From Pseudomonas aeruginosa (GTDB lineage: Bacteria; Pseudomonadota; Gammaproteobacteria; Pseudomonadales; Pseudomonadaceae), in NCBI RefSeq assembly GCF_001457615.1, contig NZ_LN831024.1, positions 2,310,001-2,342,000 on the forward strand: a DNA stretch of 32,000 nucleotides, in the 5' to 3' direction. The number at the start of each line of letters is the position of its first letter. Position 1 is the first letter of the stretch. The translations under genes and the position numbers were made by a program. Positions 1 to 11,685 of this stretch are shown here, piece after piece. The notes beneath the pieces are model-generated. The model worked only from the letters and a program-made list of their open reading frames with translations, was not told the origin of the DNA and ran no database searches.

Positions 1-859
1 CGAGCCGTTCCAGGCGGGGCGTATAGCCCGGGTTGCCCTCGCAGCCGGCGGCGAATACGTGGGGGATTTCCTCGTCGCCGTGGATGTCGAGGAACAGGTC
101 GACGCCATGGCGCTTCATCTCCTGCTGGACGAACCAGACTTCCGGGCTGCGCTCGGCGCTCGGCTCCAGCCAGGCCCGGTTGAGATCCTGGCCGGCGGCG
201 TTGGTGCGCAGGTTGCCGTGGAACGCGCCGTCCGGGTTCATGTTCGGCACCAGGTACAGGTCGGCCTTTTCCAGCAGGCGCTGCATTTCCGTATCGTCCG
301 GCCGCTGCAGGCGCTCGATCAGGCCTTCCATGAACCATTCGGCCATGTGTTCGCCGGGATGCTGCTGGGCGATGACCCACAGCTTCAGGTGGCTGTCGGG
401 ATGGCGCCTGACCCGCAGCAATTCGATGTCGCGGCCTTGCACGCTGGTGCCGACGGCGAGCCGTTCGACGCCCTCGATGCCGAGCGCACGTTCGACCAGG
501 CGGGCATGCCGTTCGCGGCTGTAGGGCTCGAAGTAGGCGAAGCGGACTTCGCTTTCCTCCGGTTCCAGCTGGAAATGCAGGCCGTCGGCGTCGTATTGCG
601 ACGGCACGCGGAACCAGCGTTCGCCATCGTACGAGGCGACTGCCTGGTAGCCGCTCCAGGCATGGCTGTAGGCCGACTGGCCGGCGTTGACCAGGGTGAA
701 GCAGTGCTCGGTGGCGGCAGCCATGCCCTCGACCTTGAAGTGGAACCACTGGAAATGCTGGCTGGCCAGGTCGGGACGGATCGCCAGGCGGATCCGGCGG
801 GGATCGCTGGCATCGATGACCTGGATGTTGCCGCTGTCGAAATCGGCGCGGATCTGCAT
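1..859 (-). CDS. M14-family zinc carboxypeptidase-like protein (partial, runs off the left edge)
   Basis: Minus-strand frame from the ATG at 859 reads MQIRADFDSGNIQVIDASDP...; it contains QQHPGEHMAEWFMEGLIERL, NPDGAFHGNLRTNAAGQDLNR and LFLDIHGDEE, which are M14 zinc-site motifs (HPGE, NPDG, NR, DIHGDE). The 161-aa minus ORF in the track is another frame. Confidence 0.85.
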   Translation of the reverse strand, partial: MQIRADFDSGNIQVIDASDPRRIRLAIRPDLASQHFQWFHFKVEGMAAATEHCFTLVNAGQSAYSHAWSGYQAVASYDGERWFRVPSQYDADGLHFQLEPEESEVRFAYFEPYSRERHARLVERALGIEGVERLAVGTSVQGRDIELLRVRRHPDSHLKLWVIAQQHPGEHMAEWFMEGLIERLQRPDDTEMQRLLEKADLYLVPNMNPDGAFHGNLRTNAAGQDLNRAWLEPSAERSPEVWFVQQEMKRHGVDLFLDIHGDEEIPHVFAAGCEGNPGYTPRLERL

Positions 860-952
860 GGGAACCTCATCGGGCGAAATCACGGACCCGCATGTTCCGG
901 GGCTGGCTCGCGGCTGTCAAAGCGACCATGGATAGGTGGCTTTCCCGGGCAT

Positions 953-978
953 AAAAAAAGGGCGACCGATGGTCGCCC
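953..978 (-). terminator. Rho-independent terminator downstream of htpX
   Basis: Minus strand: GGGCGACC-atc-GGTCGCCC followed by a T7 tract (aaaaaaa on +). Confidence 0.85.
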
Positions 979-999
979 TGTCCCAAGTGTGAAAGCGGA

Positions 1000-1875
1000 T
1001 CAGCGTGCGCTGGCGCGCAGCGCTTCGATACGATCCTCCAGCGGCGGGTGGCTCATCAGCAGGCCGGCCAGGCCGTGCTTGAGGCCGCCATTGATGCCGA
1101 AGGCGTTCAGGGTGTCGGGCATCTGCACCGGCACGCCCTGTTCCGAACGCAGGCGTTGCAGCGCGGCGATCATCGCGCCGGTGCCGGCCAGGTGGGCGCC
1201 GGCGGCGTCGGCGCGGAACTCGCGGCGGCGCGAGAACCACATGACGATGATGCTGGCGAGGATGCCGAGCACCAGTTCGGCGAAGATGGTCGCGACGAAG
1301 TAGCCGATGCCCGGGCCGTCCTCGTTCTTCAGGATGGCCTTGTCGACGAAGTTGCCGAAGATCCGCGCGAAGAACATCACGAAGGTGTTCACCACGCCCT
1401 GGATCAATGCCAGGGTGACCATGTCGCCGTTGGCGACGTGACCGATCTCGTGGGCGAGGACGGCTTTCACCTCATCGGGCGAGAAACGTTCGAGCAGGCC
1501 CTGGCTGACCGCGACCAGCGCGTCGTTCTTGTTCCAGCCGGTGGCGAAGGCGTTGGCCTCGTAGGCGGGGAAGATGCCGACCTCCGGCATCTTGATGCCG
1601 GCTTCGCGGGACAGCTCTTCGACGGTTTGCAGCAGCCACTGTTCGTGACGGGTGCGCGGCTGGCTGATGACTTCGGTACCGGTGCTCATCTTCGCCATCC
1701 ACTTGGAGATGAACAGCGAGACCAGCGAACCGGCGAAACCGAACACGGCGCAGAAGACCAGCAGGCTGCCGTAATTCTGGCCGGTGAAGCGGTCCACCCC
1801 GAGCAGTTTCAGGGTGATGCTGGCAATCACCAGGACTGCCAGGTTGGTGGCCAGGAACAACAGGATGCGCATCAT
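1000..1875 (-). CDS. htpX: HtpX membrane-bound zinc metalloprotease (M48)
   Basis: Track ORF 1000..1959, trimmed to [16 protein letters not shown]... (291 aa); HEIGH zinc motif ([13 protein letters not shown]), transmembrane segments. Confidence 0.95.
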   Translation of the reverse strand: MMRILLFLATNLAVLVIASITLKLLGVDRFTGQNYGSLLVFCAVFGFAGSLVSLFISKWMAKMSTGTEVISQPRTRHEQWLLQTVEELSREAGIKMPEVGIFPAYEANAFATGWNKNDALVAVSQGLLERFSPDEVKAVLAHEIGHVANGDMVTLALIQGVVNTFVMFFARIFGNFVDKAILKNEDGPGIGYFVATIFAELVLGILASIIVMWFSRRREFRADAAGAHLAGTGAMIAALQRLRSEQGVPVQMPDTLNAFGINGGLKHGLAGLLMSHPPLEDRIEALRASAR

Positions 1876-2008
1876 GGTGTAAAGCTTCTCCTCACGGCTG
1901 AAGGCACGGAGCGCGGTTCGCAGGCCGCCGGGGCGGGCGAACGGGCTCCTGATAATCATGCGGGGTTATATAAGGGGCGGTCCATGGCGATTCAATCGAG
2001 GGACTATT

Positions 2009-2461
2009 TCAAACTGTGTCGCCTTGCGCGCCCAGGTTGCCCTCGAACAGCAGGCGGGTCAGCCCGGCCAGGCGTTCGCCGTCGCCCTGCGCCAGCGCCT
2101 GGCGCAACTGGTTGGCCAGGCTGGCCTGTTCGCGGCGCACGCTGGCCGGCGCCTCGGCCAGCGCCGCCGCGGCCCGGGGGACGATACGGGTAAGTCTTAG
2201 GAAGGCCTTTTCGCTGAGCACCGCCTGGTCGAGAGCCTCGTAATGAATGGTGTTGGCGAAGCGCAGGTAGCCTTCCTCGGCGAGCCAGAGCAACGCGCCC
2301 AGACAACTTTGGTGACGTTTGCTCGGCAGGCCGAACTCGTCCGGCGCCTCGCGGCCGATCAGGTCTTCGACGTAGAGCGCGGTCTTGCGCGGAAACGCCT
2401 GGTAGAGAAGCAGGAGGCCGCCAGCGGCGTCCTTGTGGAAGTCGTCGATCTGCAGGTCCAT
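2009..2461 (-). CDS. Conserved hypothetical protein (150 aa, PA2829-like)
   Basis: Intact ORF between htpX and the aminotransferase, same strand; no domain recognised. Confidence 0.7.
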   Translation of the reverse strand: MDLQIDDFHKDAAGGLLLLYQAFPRKTALYVEDLIGREAPDEFGLPSKRHQSCLGALLWLAEEGYLRFANTIHYEALDQAVLSEKAFLRLTRIVPRAAAALAEAPASVRREQASLANQLRQALAQGDGERLAGLTRLLFEGNLGAQGDTV

Positions 2462-2512
2462 GGATGGGTCGCCGGGCAGGGCGGCGCCAGCGGCGCCGCG
2501 GGAGCGGGGAGG

Positions 2513-3724
2513 TTACTGCTGGTAGCCCTTGAGGAAGCTGCCGATGCGCAGGATCGCCTGCTCCAGGTCGTCGACGCGGGGCAGGGTGACCACCCGGAAG
2601 TGGTCGGGCCACGGCCAGTTGAAGGCGGTGCCCTGGACGATCAGCAGTTTTTCCGAGAGCAGCAGGTCGAGGACGAACTTTTCGTCGTTGTGGATCGGGC
2701 AGACCTTCGGATCGATCCGCGGGAAGGCGTACAGCGCGCCCATCGGCTTCACGCAGCTGACGCCGGGGATGTCGTTGAGCAGTTCCCAGGCGCGGTTGCG
2801 CTGCTCCAGCAGGCGCCCCGGCGGCAGGACCAGATCGTTGATGCTCTGGTAGCCGCCCAGGGCGGTCTGGATCGCGTGCTGCGCCGGGACGTTGGCGCAC
2901 AGGCGCATGTTGGCGAGGATGTCGAGACCTTCGATATAGCTCTGTGCCCGCTGCTTGGGCCCGGAGATCGCCACCCAGCCGGAGCGGAAGCCGGCCACCC
3001 GGTAGGATTTGGACAGGCCGTTGAAGGTCAGGCAGAGCACGTCCGGCGCCAGCGAGGCGGTGGAGACGTGGACGGCGCCGTCGTAGAGGATCTTGTCGTA
3101 GATCTCGTCGGAGAACAGCACCAGGTTGTGCTGGCGGGCCAGTTCGACCATGCCTTCCAGCACTTCCCTGGAATACACCGCGCCGGTGGGGTTGTTCGGG
3201 TTGATGATCACCATCGCCCTGGTATTCGGCGTGATCTTCGCCTTGATGTCTTCCAGGTCCGGCCACCAGTTGGCCTGCTCGTCGCACAGGTAGTGCACCG
3301 GCTTGCCGCCGGCGAGGCTGACGGCGGCGGTCCACAGCGGGTAGTCGGGAGCGGGGATCAGCACCTCGTCGCCGTTGTTCAGCAGCGCCTGCATGGACAT
3401 CACGATCAGTTCCGACACGCCGTTGCCGAGGTAGATGTCCTCGATGCCGACGCCTTCCACCTGCTTCTGCTGGTAATACTGCATCACTGCCTTGCGCGCG
3501 CTGAACAGGCCCTTGGAGTCGCTGTAGCCCTGGGCGGTCGGCAGGTTGCGGATGACGTCCTGGAGAATTTCCTCGGGAGCTTCGAAACCGAACGGCGCCG
3601 GGTTGCCGATATTCAGCTTGAGGATGCGGTGACCCTCTTCCTCTAGGCGTTTGGCGTGCTTGAGCACCGGCCCGCGAATGTCATAGCAGACGTTGGCGAG
3701 CTTGTTCGATTTGCTGACCTGCAT
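2513..3724 (-). CDS. alaA: Alanine/aspartate-type aminotransferase, class I/II PLP-dependent (AlaA-like)
   Basis: Track ORF trimmed to MQVSKSNKLANVCYDIRGPVLKHAKRLEEEGHRILKLNIGNPAPFGFE (403 aa); PLP lysine context NGLSKSYRVAGFRSGW; NPNNPTGAVYS. Confidence 0.9.
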   Translation of the reverse strand: MQVSKSNKLANVCYDIRGPVLKHAKRLEEEGHRILKLNIGNPAPFGFEAPEEILQDVIRNLPTAQGYSDSKGLFSARKAVMQYYQQKQVEGVGIEDIYLGNGVSELIVMSMQALLNNGDEVLIPAPDYPLWTAAVSLAGGKPVHYLCDEQANWWPDLEDIKAKITPNTRAMVIINPNNPTGAVYSREVLEGMVELARQHNLVLFSDEIYDKILYDGAVHVSTASLAPDVLCLTFNGLSKSYRVAGFRSGWVAISGPKQRAQSYIEGLDILANMRLCANVPAQHAIQTALGGYQSINDLVLPPGRLLEQRNRAWELLNDIPGVSCVKPMGALYAFPRIDPKVCPIHNDEKFVLDLLLSEKLLIVQGTAFNWPWPDHFRVVTLPRVDDLEQAILRIGSFLKGYQQ

Positions 3725-3908
3725 GATGTGTCGAGTCCCGAAGTGAGCGAACACCGTGGAACAGGCTGCGAAAAGCCCGCTGGATCGCGGCTTGGCAGGC
3801 TGTAACGCGGATGACAGACTGGCGTCTATAAGGAGCACGCATGATACGTGCGGCCCGTCCCCCGGAAAAGGGAGCGCCGGGCATTTTTCAGATCGCGAGG
3901 TAGAGCCG

Positions 3909-4307
3909 ATGAGCAAGATCGACAAACCCCTGGACTCCTGGCGCGAGGAGTTGACCGAAGAGCAGTTCCACATCTGTCGCCTGGGCGGTACCGAACGCGC
4001 CTTCAGTGGCGAATACCACGCCACCAAGACCCCCGGGATCTATCATTGCACCTGCTGCGGCACGGCGTTGTTCGACTCCGACGCCAAGTACGACTCCGGC
4101 AGCGGTTGGCCGAGCTATTTCCAGCCGGTGGACGCCGAGGCGGTCCGCGAACTGGACGACTTCAGCCACGGCATGCATCGCATCGAAGTCCGCTGCGGTC
4201 GCTGCGATGCCCACCTGGGGCACGTCTTCCCGGATGGCCCCCGGCCCACCGGGTTGCGTTACTGCATCAACTCGGCCTCGCTGAAGCTGGTGCCGCGGGA
4301 GAGCTAG
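3909..4307 (+). CDS. msrB: Peptide methionine-R-sulfoxide reductase MsrB
   Basis: ATG at 3909, 132 aa; CxxC zinc pairs (CTCCG, CGRCD), [16 protein letters not shown] catalytic Cys motif. Confidence 0.95.
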
Positions 4308-4313
4308 AGAGCG

Positions 4314-4342
4314 ACGACCCGTCTTTGGTTCGGGTCGTTTTT
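4314..4342 (+). terminator. Rho-independent terminator after msrB
   Basis: ACGACCCG-tctttggtt-CGGGTCGT followed by a T-rich tract. Confidence 0.85.
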
Positions 4343-4354
4343 CATTCAATCAAG

Positions 4355-4383
4355 TTGTGTGCAATTGAATTGCGAGATACTTT
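4355..4383 (+). promoter_or_regulatory. Candidate gpx-ospR promoter with embedded MarR/OhrR-type operator
   Basis: TTGTGT (4355-4360), 17-nt spacer, TACTTT (4378-4383). The spacer contains the inverted repeat GCAATT-g-AATTGC (4361-4373). Confidence 0.65.
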
Positions 4384-4418
4384 ATTTCGAGACCCACCCT
4401 CAACAAGGAAGACAAGCC

Positions 4419-4904
4419 ATGAGCGATTCGCTGCTGAGCATTCCCTGCACCACCATCAAGGGCGAACAGAAGACCCTGGCCGACTTCGGCGGCAAGGCGC
4501 TGCTGGTGGTGAACACCGCCAGCAAGTGCGGCTTCACCCCGCAGTACCAGGGGCTGGAGGCCTTGTGGGAAAAATACCGTGAGCGCGGACTGGTGGTGCT
4601 CGGGTTTCCCTGCAACCAGTTCGGCAAGCAGGAACCGGGCGACGAGGGCGAGATTTCGCAGTTCTGCGAACTGAACTACGGGGTGAGCTTCCCGCTGTTC
4701 AGGAAGATCGAGGTCAACGGCGCCGGCGCCCACCCGTTGTTCGTCAGCCTGAAGAAGCGCGCGCCGGGCCTGCTCGGCAGCCAGGGCATCAAGTGGAACT
4801 TCACCAAGTTCCTGATCGGCCGCGATGGCCAGGTGGTGAAGCGCTATGCGCCGACCACCAAGCCGGAGGAGCTGAGCTCGGCGATCGAGGCGCTGCTTGA
4901 ATGA
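4419..4904 (+). CDS. Glutathione peroxidase-family thiol peroxidase
   Basis: ATG at 4419, 161 aa; VNTASKCGFTPQYQGLEALW and FPCNQFGKQEPG, IKWNFTKFLI. Confidence 0.95.
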   Translation: MSDSLLSIPCTTIKGEQKTLADFGGKALLVVNTASKCGFTPQYQGLEALWEKYRERGLVVLGFPCNQFGKQEPGDEGEISQFCELNYGVSFPLFRKIEVNGAGAHPLFVSLKKRAPGLLGSQGIKWNFTKFLIGRDGQVVKRYAPTTKPEELSSAIEALLE

Positions 4905-5392
4905 GCACCCGGGGAAAAGTCGCCAGGCCGGATGGCGTCGAAGAATCGCTGCTGCTCGACAACCAGCTGTGTTTCAAGCTGTACGCCGCCTCGCGCGCGG
5001 TGATCCGCGGCTATCGGCCGCTGCTCGAACAGATCGGCCTGACCTACCCGCAGTACCTGGTCATGCTGGTGCTCTGGGAGTGGCATGCGAGCCCGCCGGA
5101 GCAGCCGACGGTGAAGGCCCTGGGCGACCGCCTGCTGCTCGACTCCGGAACCCTGACGCCCTTGCTCAAGCGTCTCGAACAGCTCGGCCTGGTGGATCGC
5201 CGTCGCGCCAGTCACGATGAGCGGGAAGTGCACCTGACGCTGACGGTGCCGGGGATCACCTTGCGCGAACGGGTCATTCCGCTGCGCCAGCAGCTGATCT
5301 GCAGCACCGGTTTCGACCTCAACGAGATGTTCGACCTGCACCAGCGCCTGGGCGGATTGCTGTCGCGCTTCCGTCTGGCGGTAGGAGGCTAG
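4901..5392 (+). CDS. ospR: MarR-family oxidation-sensing regulator OspR
   Basis: 163 aa, ATGA overlap with gpx; winged-helix [37 protein letters not shown]; conserved N-terminal Cys in [12 protein letters not shown]. Confidence 0.9.
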   Translation: MSTRGKVARPDGVEESLLLDNQLCFKLYAASRAVIRGYRPLLEQIGLTYPQYLVMLVLWEWHASPPEQPTVKALGDRLLLDSGTLTPLLKRLEQLGLVDRRRASHDEREVHLTLTVPGITLRERVIPLRQQLICSTGFDLNEMFDLHQRLGGLLSRFRLAVGG

Positions 5393-5410
5393 CCGTCGTC
5401 GCGAGGCCGG

Positions 5411-7771
<2,361 letters not shown>

Positions 7772-7853
7772 AGCCCATCCCGACCGTCTGTCGGGGTTCC
7801 TGGGCGCAACCGATGATCGATCCGTGACGTCAGTCCGATCCGAGGAGAACAGA

Positions 7854-8744
7854 GTGGATTCCCGATTGAGCGATTTTCTTGCCCGCGCCGAAAGCGTGCT
7901 CGCGCGCCTGGAGCCGCTGCTGCCGGCCGTACGCGAAGCCGTCGACTGGGAGCGCAGCCTGGCGGCGCGCTGGCACCGCGACGGCCGTAGCGGCTACCTG
8001 CAGCCGCTGGAGGTCAGCCTCGACCTGCGCCTGGCCGACCTGCTGGGCGTAGAGCGGCAGCGCGAGCAACTGGAACGCAACACCCGCCAGTTCGTCGCCG
8101 GCCAGCCGGCCAACCACGCCTTGCTCTGGGGGGCCCGCGGGACCGGCAAGTCCTCCCTGGTTCGTGCGCTGCTGGCCGAGCTGGCCGGCGCCGGGCTGCG
8201 CCTGATCGAGATCGAGCGCGACCACCTGGCCGACCTGCCGCGCGTGGTCGAGCAACTGCAAGGCCTGCCGCAGCGCTTCGTACTGTTCTGCGACGACCTC
8301 TCGTTCGATGCCGGGGAAGGCGACTACCGGGTACTCAAGAGCGTGCTCGACGGCTCGCTGGAACAGGCGCCGGAGAATGTGCTGCTCTACGCCACCTCCA
8401 ACCGCCGGCACCTGGTTTCGGAGAAGCAGAGCGACAACGAGAACTGGAAGATGGTGGACGGCGAGCTGCATCCCAACGAAGCGGTGGAGGACAAGATCGC
8501 CTTGTCCGACCGTTTCGGCCTGTGGCTGTCGTTCTATCCCTTCACTCAGGAGCATTTCCTCAGCGTGGTTCACCACTGGGTGGACGTGCTCGCGGAGAAG
8601 GCCGGGCTGGCCTGGAGCTGGAGCGAGGAACTGGAGAAGGAAGCGATCCGCTGGGCGCTTGGCCGCGGCAACCGCAACGGCCGTTGCGCCTATCAGTTCT
8701 CCCGCTACTGGGTGGGCAAGCAACTGCTGGAGCGCCAGGCATGA
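7854..8744 (+). CDS. DUF815-type AAA ATPase
   Basis: GTG start at 7854 preceded by gaggaga; Walker A GARGTGKSSLVRALL, FCDDLSFD; 296 aa. Upstream in-frame extension has no ribosome-binding support. Confidence 0.85.
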   Translation: MDSRLSDFLARAESVLARLEPLLPAVREAVDWERSLAARWHRDGRSGYLQPLEVSLDLRLADLLGVERQREQLERNTRQFVAGQPANHALLWGARGTGKSSLVRALLAELAGAGLRLIEIERDHLADLPRVVEQLQGLPQRFVLFCDDLSFDAGEGDYRVLKSVLDGSLEQAPENVLLYATSNRRHLVSEKQSDNENWKMVDGELHPNEAVEDKIALSDRFGLWLSFYPFTQEHFLSVVHHWVDVLAEKAGLAWSWSEELEKEAIRWALGRGNRNGRCAYQFSRYWVGKQLLERQA

Positions 8745-9223
8745 TCGATCTGCAGCAATCTGGCGCCGGGCTGGCCGGCTACGCCCTGCTGGCGGCGCAG
8801 GCCGAGGCGCTGTTCGCCGACGAGCGCGATTTCATCGCCAACGCCGCGCAGTTCTCCGCCTTTCTCTTCCATGAGCTGGGCGACCTGAACTGGGCCGGCT
8901 TCTATCTGAACCGCAACGAGGAACTGGTCCTGGGACCGTTCCAGGGCAAGGTCGCCTGCGTCCGCATCCCCTTCTCCAAGGGCGTCTGCGGCGCCGCGGC
9001 GCGTACCCGGCTGACCCAGCGGGTCGACGACGTCCACGCGTTTCCCGGCCACATCGCCTGCGACAGCGCTTCCAGCAGCGAACTGGTGGTGCCTCTGCTC
9101 AAGGACGGCCGCCTGGTCGCTGTGCTCGATCTGGACAGCCCGAGCGTGGGACGCTTCAGCGCCGAGGACCAGGCCGGGATCGAAGGCCTGGTGGAGATAT
9201 TCCTGCGCCTGACGGACTGCTGA
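8741..9223 (+). CDS. GAF-domain free methionine-(R)-sulfoxide reductase (fRMsr)
   Basis: ATG at 8741 (ATGA overlap), 160 aa; NWAGFYLNRNEELVLGPFQGKVACVRIPFSKGVCGAAA...VDDVHAFPGHIACDSASSSELVVPL contains the three conserved fRMsr Cys positions. Confidence 0.88.
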   Translation: MIDLQQSGAGLAGYALLAAQAEALFADERDFIANAAQFSAFLFHELGDLNWAGFYLNRNEELVLGPFQGKVACVRIPFSKGVCGAAARTRLTQRVDDVHAFPGHIACDSASSSELVVPLLKDGRLVAVLDLDSPSVGRFSAEDQAGIEGLVEIFLRLTDC

Positions 9224-9232
9224 GCGACGCGT

Positions 9233-9895
9233 TCAGGCTTTCGCTGCGAGCTTGTCGAGGGTCCGTCGTTCCCCCGGCAGCAGCGCTTGCATCGCCGGGC
9301 GTTCGAGCATCCGCGCGAAATGCGCGGCGAGGGCCGGCCAGCGTTGCTCGTCCAGGTTTTCGCCGGCGTGACGCAGGTTGACCAACTGGCTGGCGAGCGC
9401 CAGGTCGGCGAGGGTCAGTCGCTCGCCGACGAAGAAGGCCCGGCCGTCGAGATGGTTTTCCAGGTAATCGAAGTGCGCTGGCAGCTTTTCCTCCAGCGCG
9501 CGACGCACGTCGTTTTCCTCGCAGGCCTGGCCCATCGCCGGCTTGAGTATCCGGTTGCGGAAGATCGTCAGCGTGGCTAGGGGAGCGATCTCGTAGTCGG
9601 CGTATTTTTCCAGCCAGCGCACCGCTGCGCGGCCGGCGGGGGCGTCGCCCTGGAGATTCGGCGGTTCGGGATAGCGTTCTTCCAGGTACTGGCAGATCAC
9701 GCTGGAGTCGGCGAGGGCCAGGTCGCCGTCGCGCAACGCCGGGATGCGGCCCAGCGGACTGATCTCGCGATACCAGGCCGGCTGGCCGAACGGGGCGATC
9801 GCTTCCAACTGGTAGTCGAGGCCCTTTTCGGCCAGGAGCAGGCGGACCTTGCGGACGAACGGAGACAGCGGGGCTCCGTAGAGTGTCAGGCTCAT
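9233..9895 (-). CDS. Glutathione S-transferase family protein
   Basis: 220 aa; MSLTLYGAPLSPFVRKVRLLLAEKGLDY; PLGRIPAL; SSVICQYLEERYP. Confidence 0.9.
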   Translation of the reverse strand: MSLTLYGAPLSPFVRKVRLLLAEKGLDYQLEAIAPFGQPAWYREISPLGRIPALRDGDLALADSSVICQYLEERYPEPPNLQGDAPAGRAAVRWLEKYADYEIAPLATLTIFRNRILKPAMGQACEENDVRRALEEKLPAHFDYLENHLDGRAFFVGERLTLADLALASQLVNLRHAGENLDEQRWPALAAHFARMLERPAMQALLPGERRTLDKLAAKA

Positions 9896-9956
9896 AACGA
9901 TTTCCTCGGTCGATATGAGCCTGGGTTATAGCACGGCTGCCGTAGGCAGGCCGGAA

Positions 9957-10730
9957 TCAGTCGTAGACGTTCTTCTTCTTCCACAGGTCGTCTGCATCGA
10001 GGGCCTTCAATCCCTCGTTGAGTTCGCTGGGCTCCTCGCTCGCCGGCTGGCTGTTGTTCAGCACCATCGCGTTGGCGCGGGCCAGCTGCGCTTCCATCTG
10101 CTGCAGCTCCGCCTGGTAGCGCGCCAGCTCGGGCTGCTTGCGCAGGTACTGGGCGCCGCGTTCGAAGGCCAGGCGCGCCTGGCGCGGTTCGTTCTGCTGC
10201 AGGGCCTGCTGGCCGAGATTGCCGAAGAACTCGATATGCAGGCGCACCAGGAGGTGGCGAATCTCCTTGACCCAGATCTGCGCCTCGCTGCGCGGCAGGT
10301 GGCCGTCCTGGGTGAAACGGGTGAGCTGGGCATGCAGGGCTTCGAAGAGGAAGCGGACTTCCTTGGCCTTGTCCTCGGTCAGGATCGCCTGGGGCGGATT
10401 GCGCACCGGGATCGACTCGCCCTTGGCGACCAGCGCGCGCAACTCTTCTATACGAGCCTTGAGCCCGGCATCGGCTTTCTTCTCCAGCGCCAGTTGCTGC
10501 TCGCTGAGGCTGAGCTCGATCTGGCTCATCAACAGCTTCAGCGACGGGCTGACGAACTGGCCGGGAAGGCTCTCGGAAATCTGCGCGCAGCGCCGGACCC
10601 GGTCGTTGAGTTCGGCCTTCAGGCGCGCTTTCTCCAGCTTGCTGTTTTCCACCACGTGGTTGATATAGCCAATGGCGATGAGGAGGGCGATCCCGCCGAT
10701 GATGAGGGCGGTAATGAGGAGTGGCGACAC
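9957..10730 (-). CDS. Conserved hypothetical protein with N-terminal membrane anchor and coiled-coil/TPR-like body
   Basis: 257 aa; MSPLLITALIIGGIALLIAIGYINHVV followed by a helical charged region. Confidence 0.75.
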   Translation of the reverse strand: MSPLLITALIIGGIALLIAIGYINHVVENSKLEKARLKAELNDRVRRCAQISESLPGQFVSPSLKLLMSQIELSLSEQQLALEKKADAGLKARIEELRALVAKGESIPVRNPPQAILTEDKAKEVRFLFEALHAQLTRFTQDGHLPRSEAQIWVKEIRHLLVRLHIEFFGNLGQQALQQNEPRQARLAFERGAQYLRKQPELARYQAELQQMEAQLARANAMVLNNSQPASEEPSELNEGLKALDADDLWKKKNVYD

Positions 10731-10844
10731 CTTGGGACTCCGCTGTAAGAATTTTCTCAGTCTAATGTCTTGGTGCTACCACTGATAGCAGCAGCTCATT
10801 ATTTGCACAGAAGTCTTTGATTTAAAAAAATTTTCTCAGAAGGG

Positions 10845-10873
10845 TTGACGCCTCCCCGGACGCTCCATAAAAT
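10845..10873 (+). promoter_or_regulatory. Sigma-70 promoter for the tRNA cluster
   Basis: TTGACG (10845-10850), 17-nt spacer, TAAAAT (10868-10873), about 75 nt upstream of the tRNA-Glu. Confidence 0.8.
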
Positions 10874-10947
10874 GCGCGCCACTTCCAGCGTGAAGCCAAA
10901 CGCGAAACACTGGAAGCCGGAAAGATCTGTTGTAAGTTCCGGGCCGC

Positions 10948-11023
10948 GTCCCCTTCGTCTAGTGGCCTAGGACACCGCCCTTTCACGGCGGTAACAGGGG
11001 TTCGAGTCCCCTAGGGGACGCCA
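10948..11023 (+). tRNA. tRNA-Glu (TTC), CCA encoded
   Basis: GTCCCCTTCGTCTAGTGGCCTAGGACACCGCCCTTTCACGGCGGTAACAGGGGTTCGAGTCCCCTAGGGGACGCCA; complete cloverleaf, anticodon TTC. Confidence 0.97.
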
Positions 11024-11025
11024 TT

Positions 11026-11101
<76 letters not shown>

Positions 11102-11185
11102 AATTCTACAACCTGGCTTCGGCGGGGTTGGTGAAAGTTAGGCGTCAAAGGTTCGGTTTCGGCCGAACGGGCAACAAGTTGTAAC

Positions 11186-11261
<76 letters not shown>

Positions 11262-11293
11262 AACATGATCCAGGTTTCGGCCTGGGTCGAAGA

Positions 11294-11318
11294 GAAAAGG
11301 GCCTTCGGGCCCTTTTTT
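11294..11318 (+). terminator. Rho-independent terminator of the tRNA cluster
   Basis: aaaAGGGCC-ttc-GGGCCCTTTTTT. Confidence 0.88.
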
Positions 11319-11685
11319 CGTTTCTGCGCGCCAGGCTGCTCGTCCTGGTCTCCTTTACTTGCCTCGTTCTGCCGTTCAAGCCCCGCTGTCTCGCGGTAGC
11401 GAGGACGTCCCGGGTCCCGCGCGCTGGACGCCTTTTCCGTCGCGTTCGGCGGCGGAGGCGGGCGCGGTCGCTCGCCAGGCTTCTGGGGTAAGATTCGTTC
11501 CGGGCGCCGGCTGCGTTGCGCCGCAAATAGGTGCAGGCTGGCGCGAGCGAGCCGGCTCTGTCGGGGTGTTCCCGTCGTCGGACGTTGTCGGCTTCGTGCT
11601 TGTATTTTCAACCTCATACGGACATGACCCTGATCCCGGCAATCCCGGGCGGGCTTCGTGCAACTTGCGCGGGAGCGTGGCACCT

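Noticed and set aside
2004-3646. Long ORFs (443 aa minus, 467 aa plus) overlapping the aminotransferase
   Set aside because: GC-bias shadow frames; the AlaA-like frame carries all conserved motifs.
7816-7832. Short palindromes GATCGATC and TGACGTCA in the sagS/DUF815 intergenic region
   Set aside because: Only 8-nt perfect palindromes, expected by chance, with no promoter geometry to support an operator.
11359-11685. 109-residue N-terminal extension of arr in the track ORF
   Set aside because: Low-complexity, no signal/TM, and the TM region begins just after the ATG at 11686, so the shorter protein is preferred.
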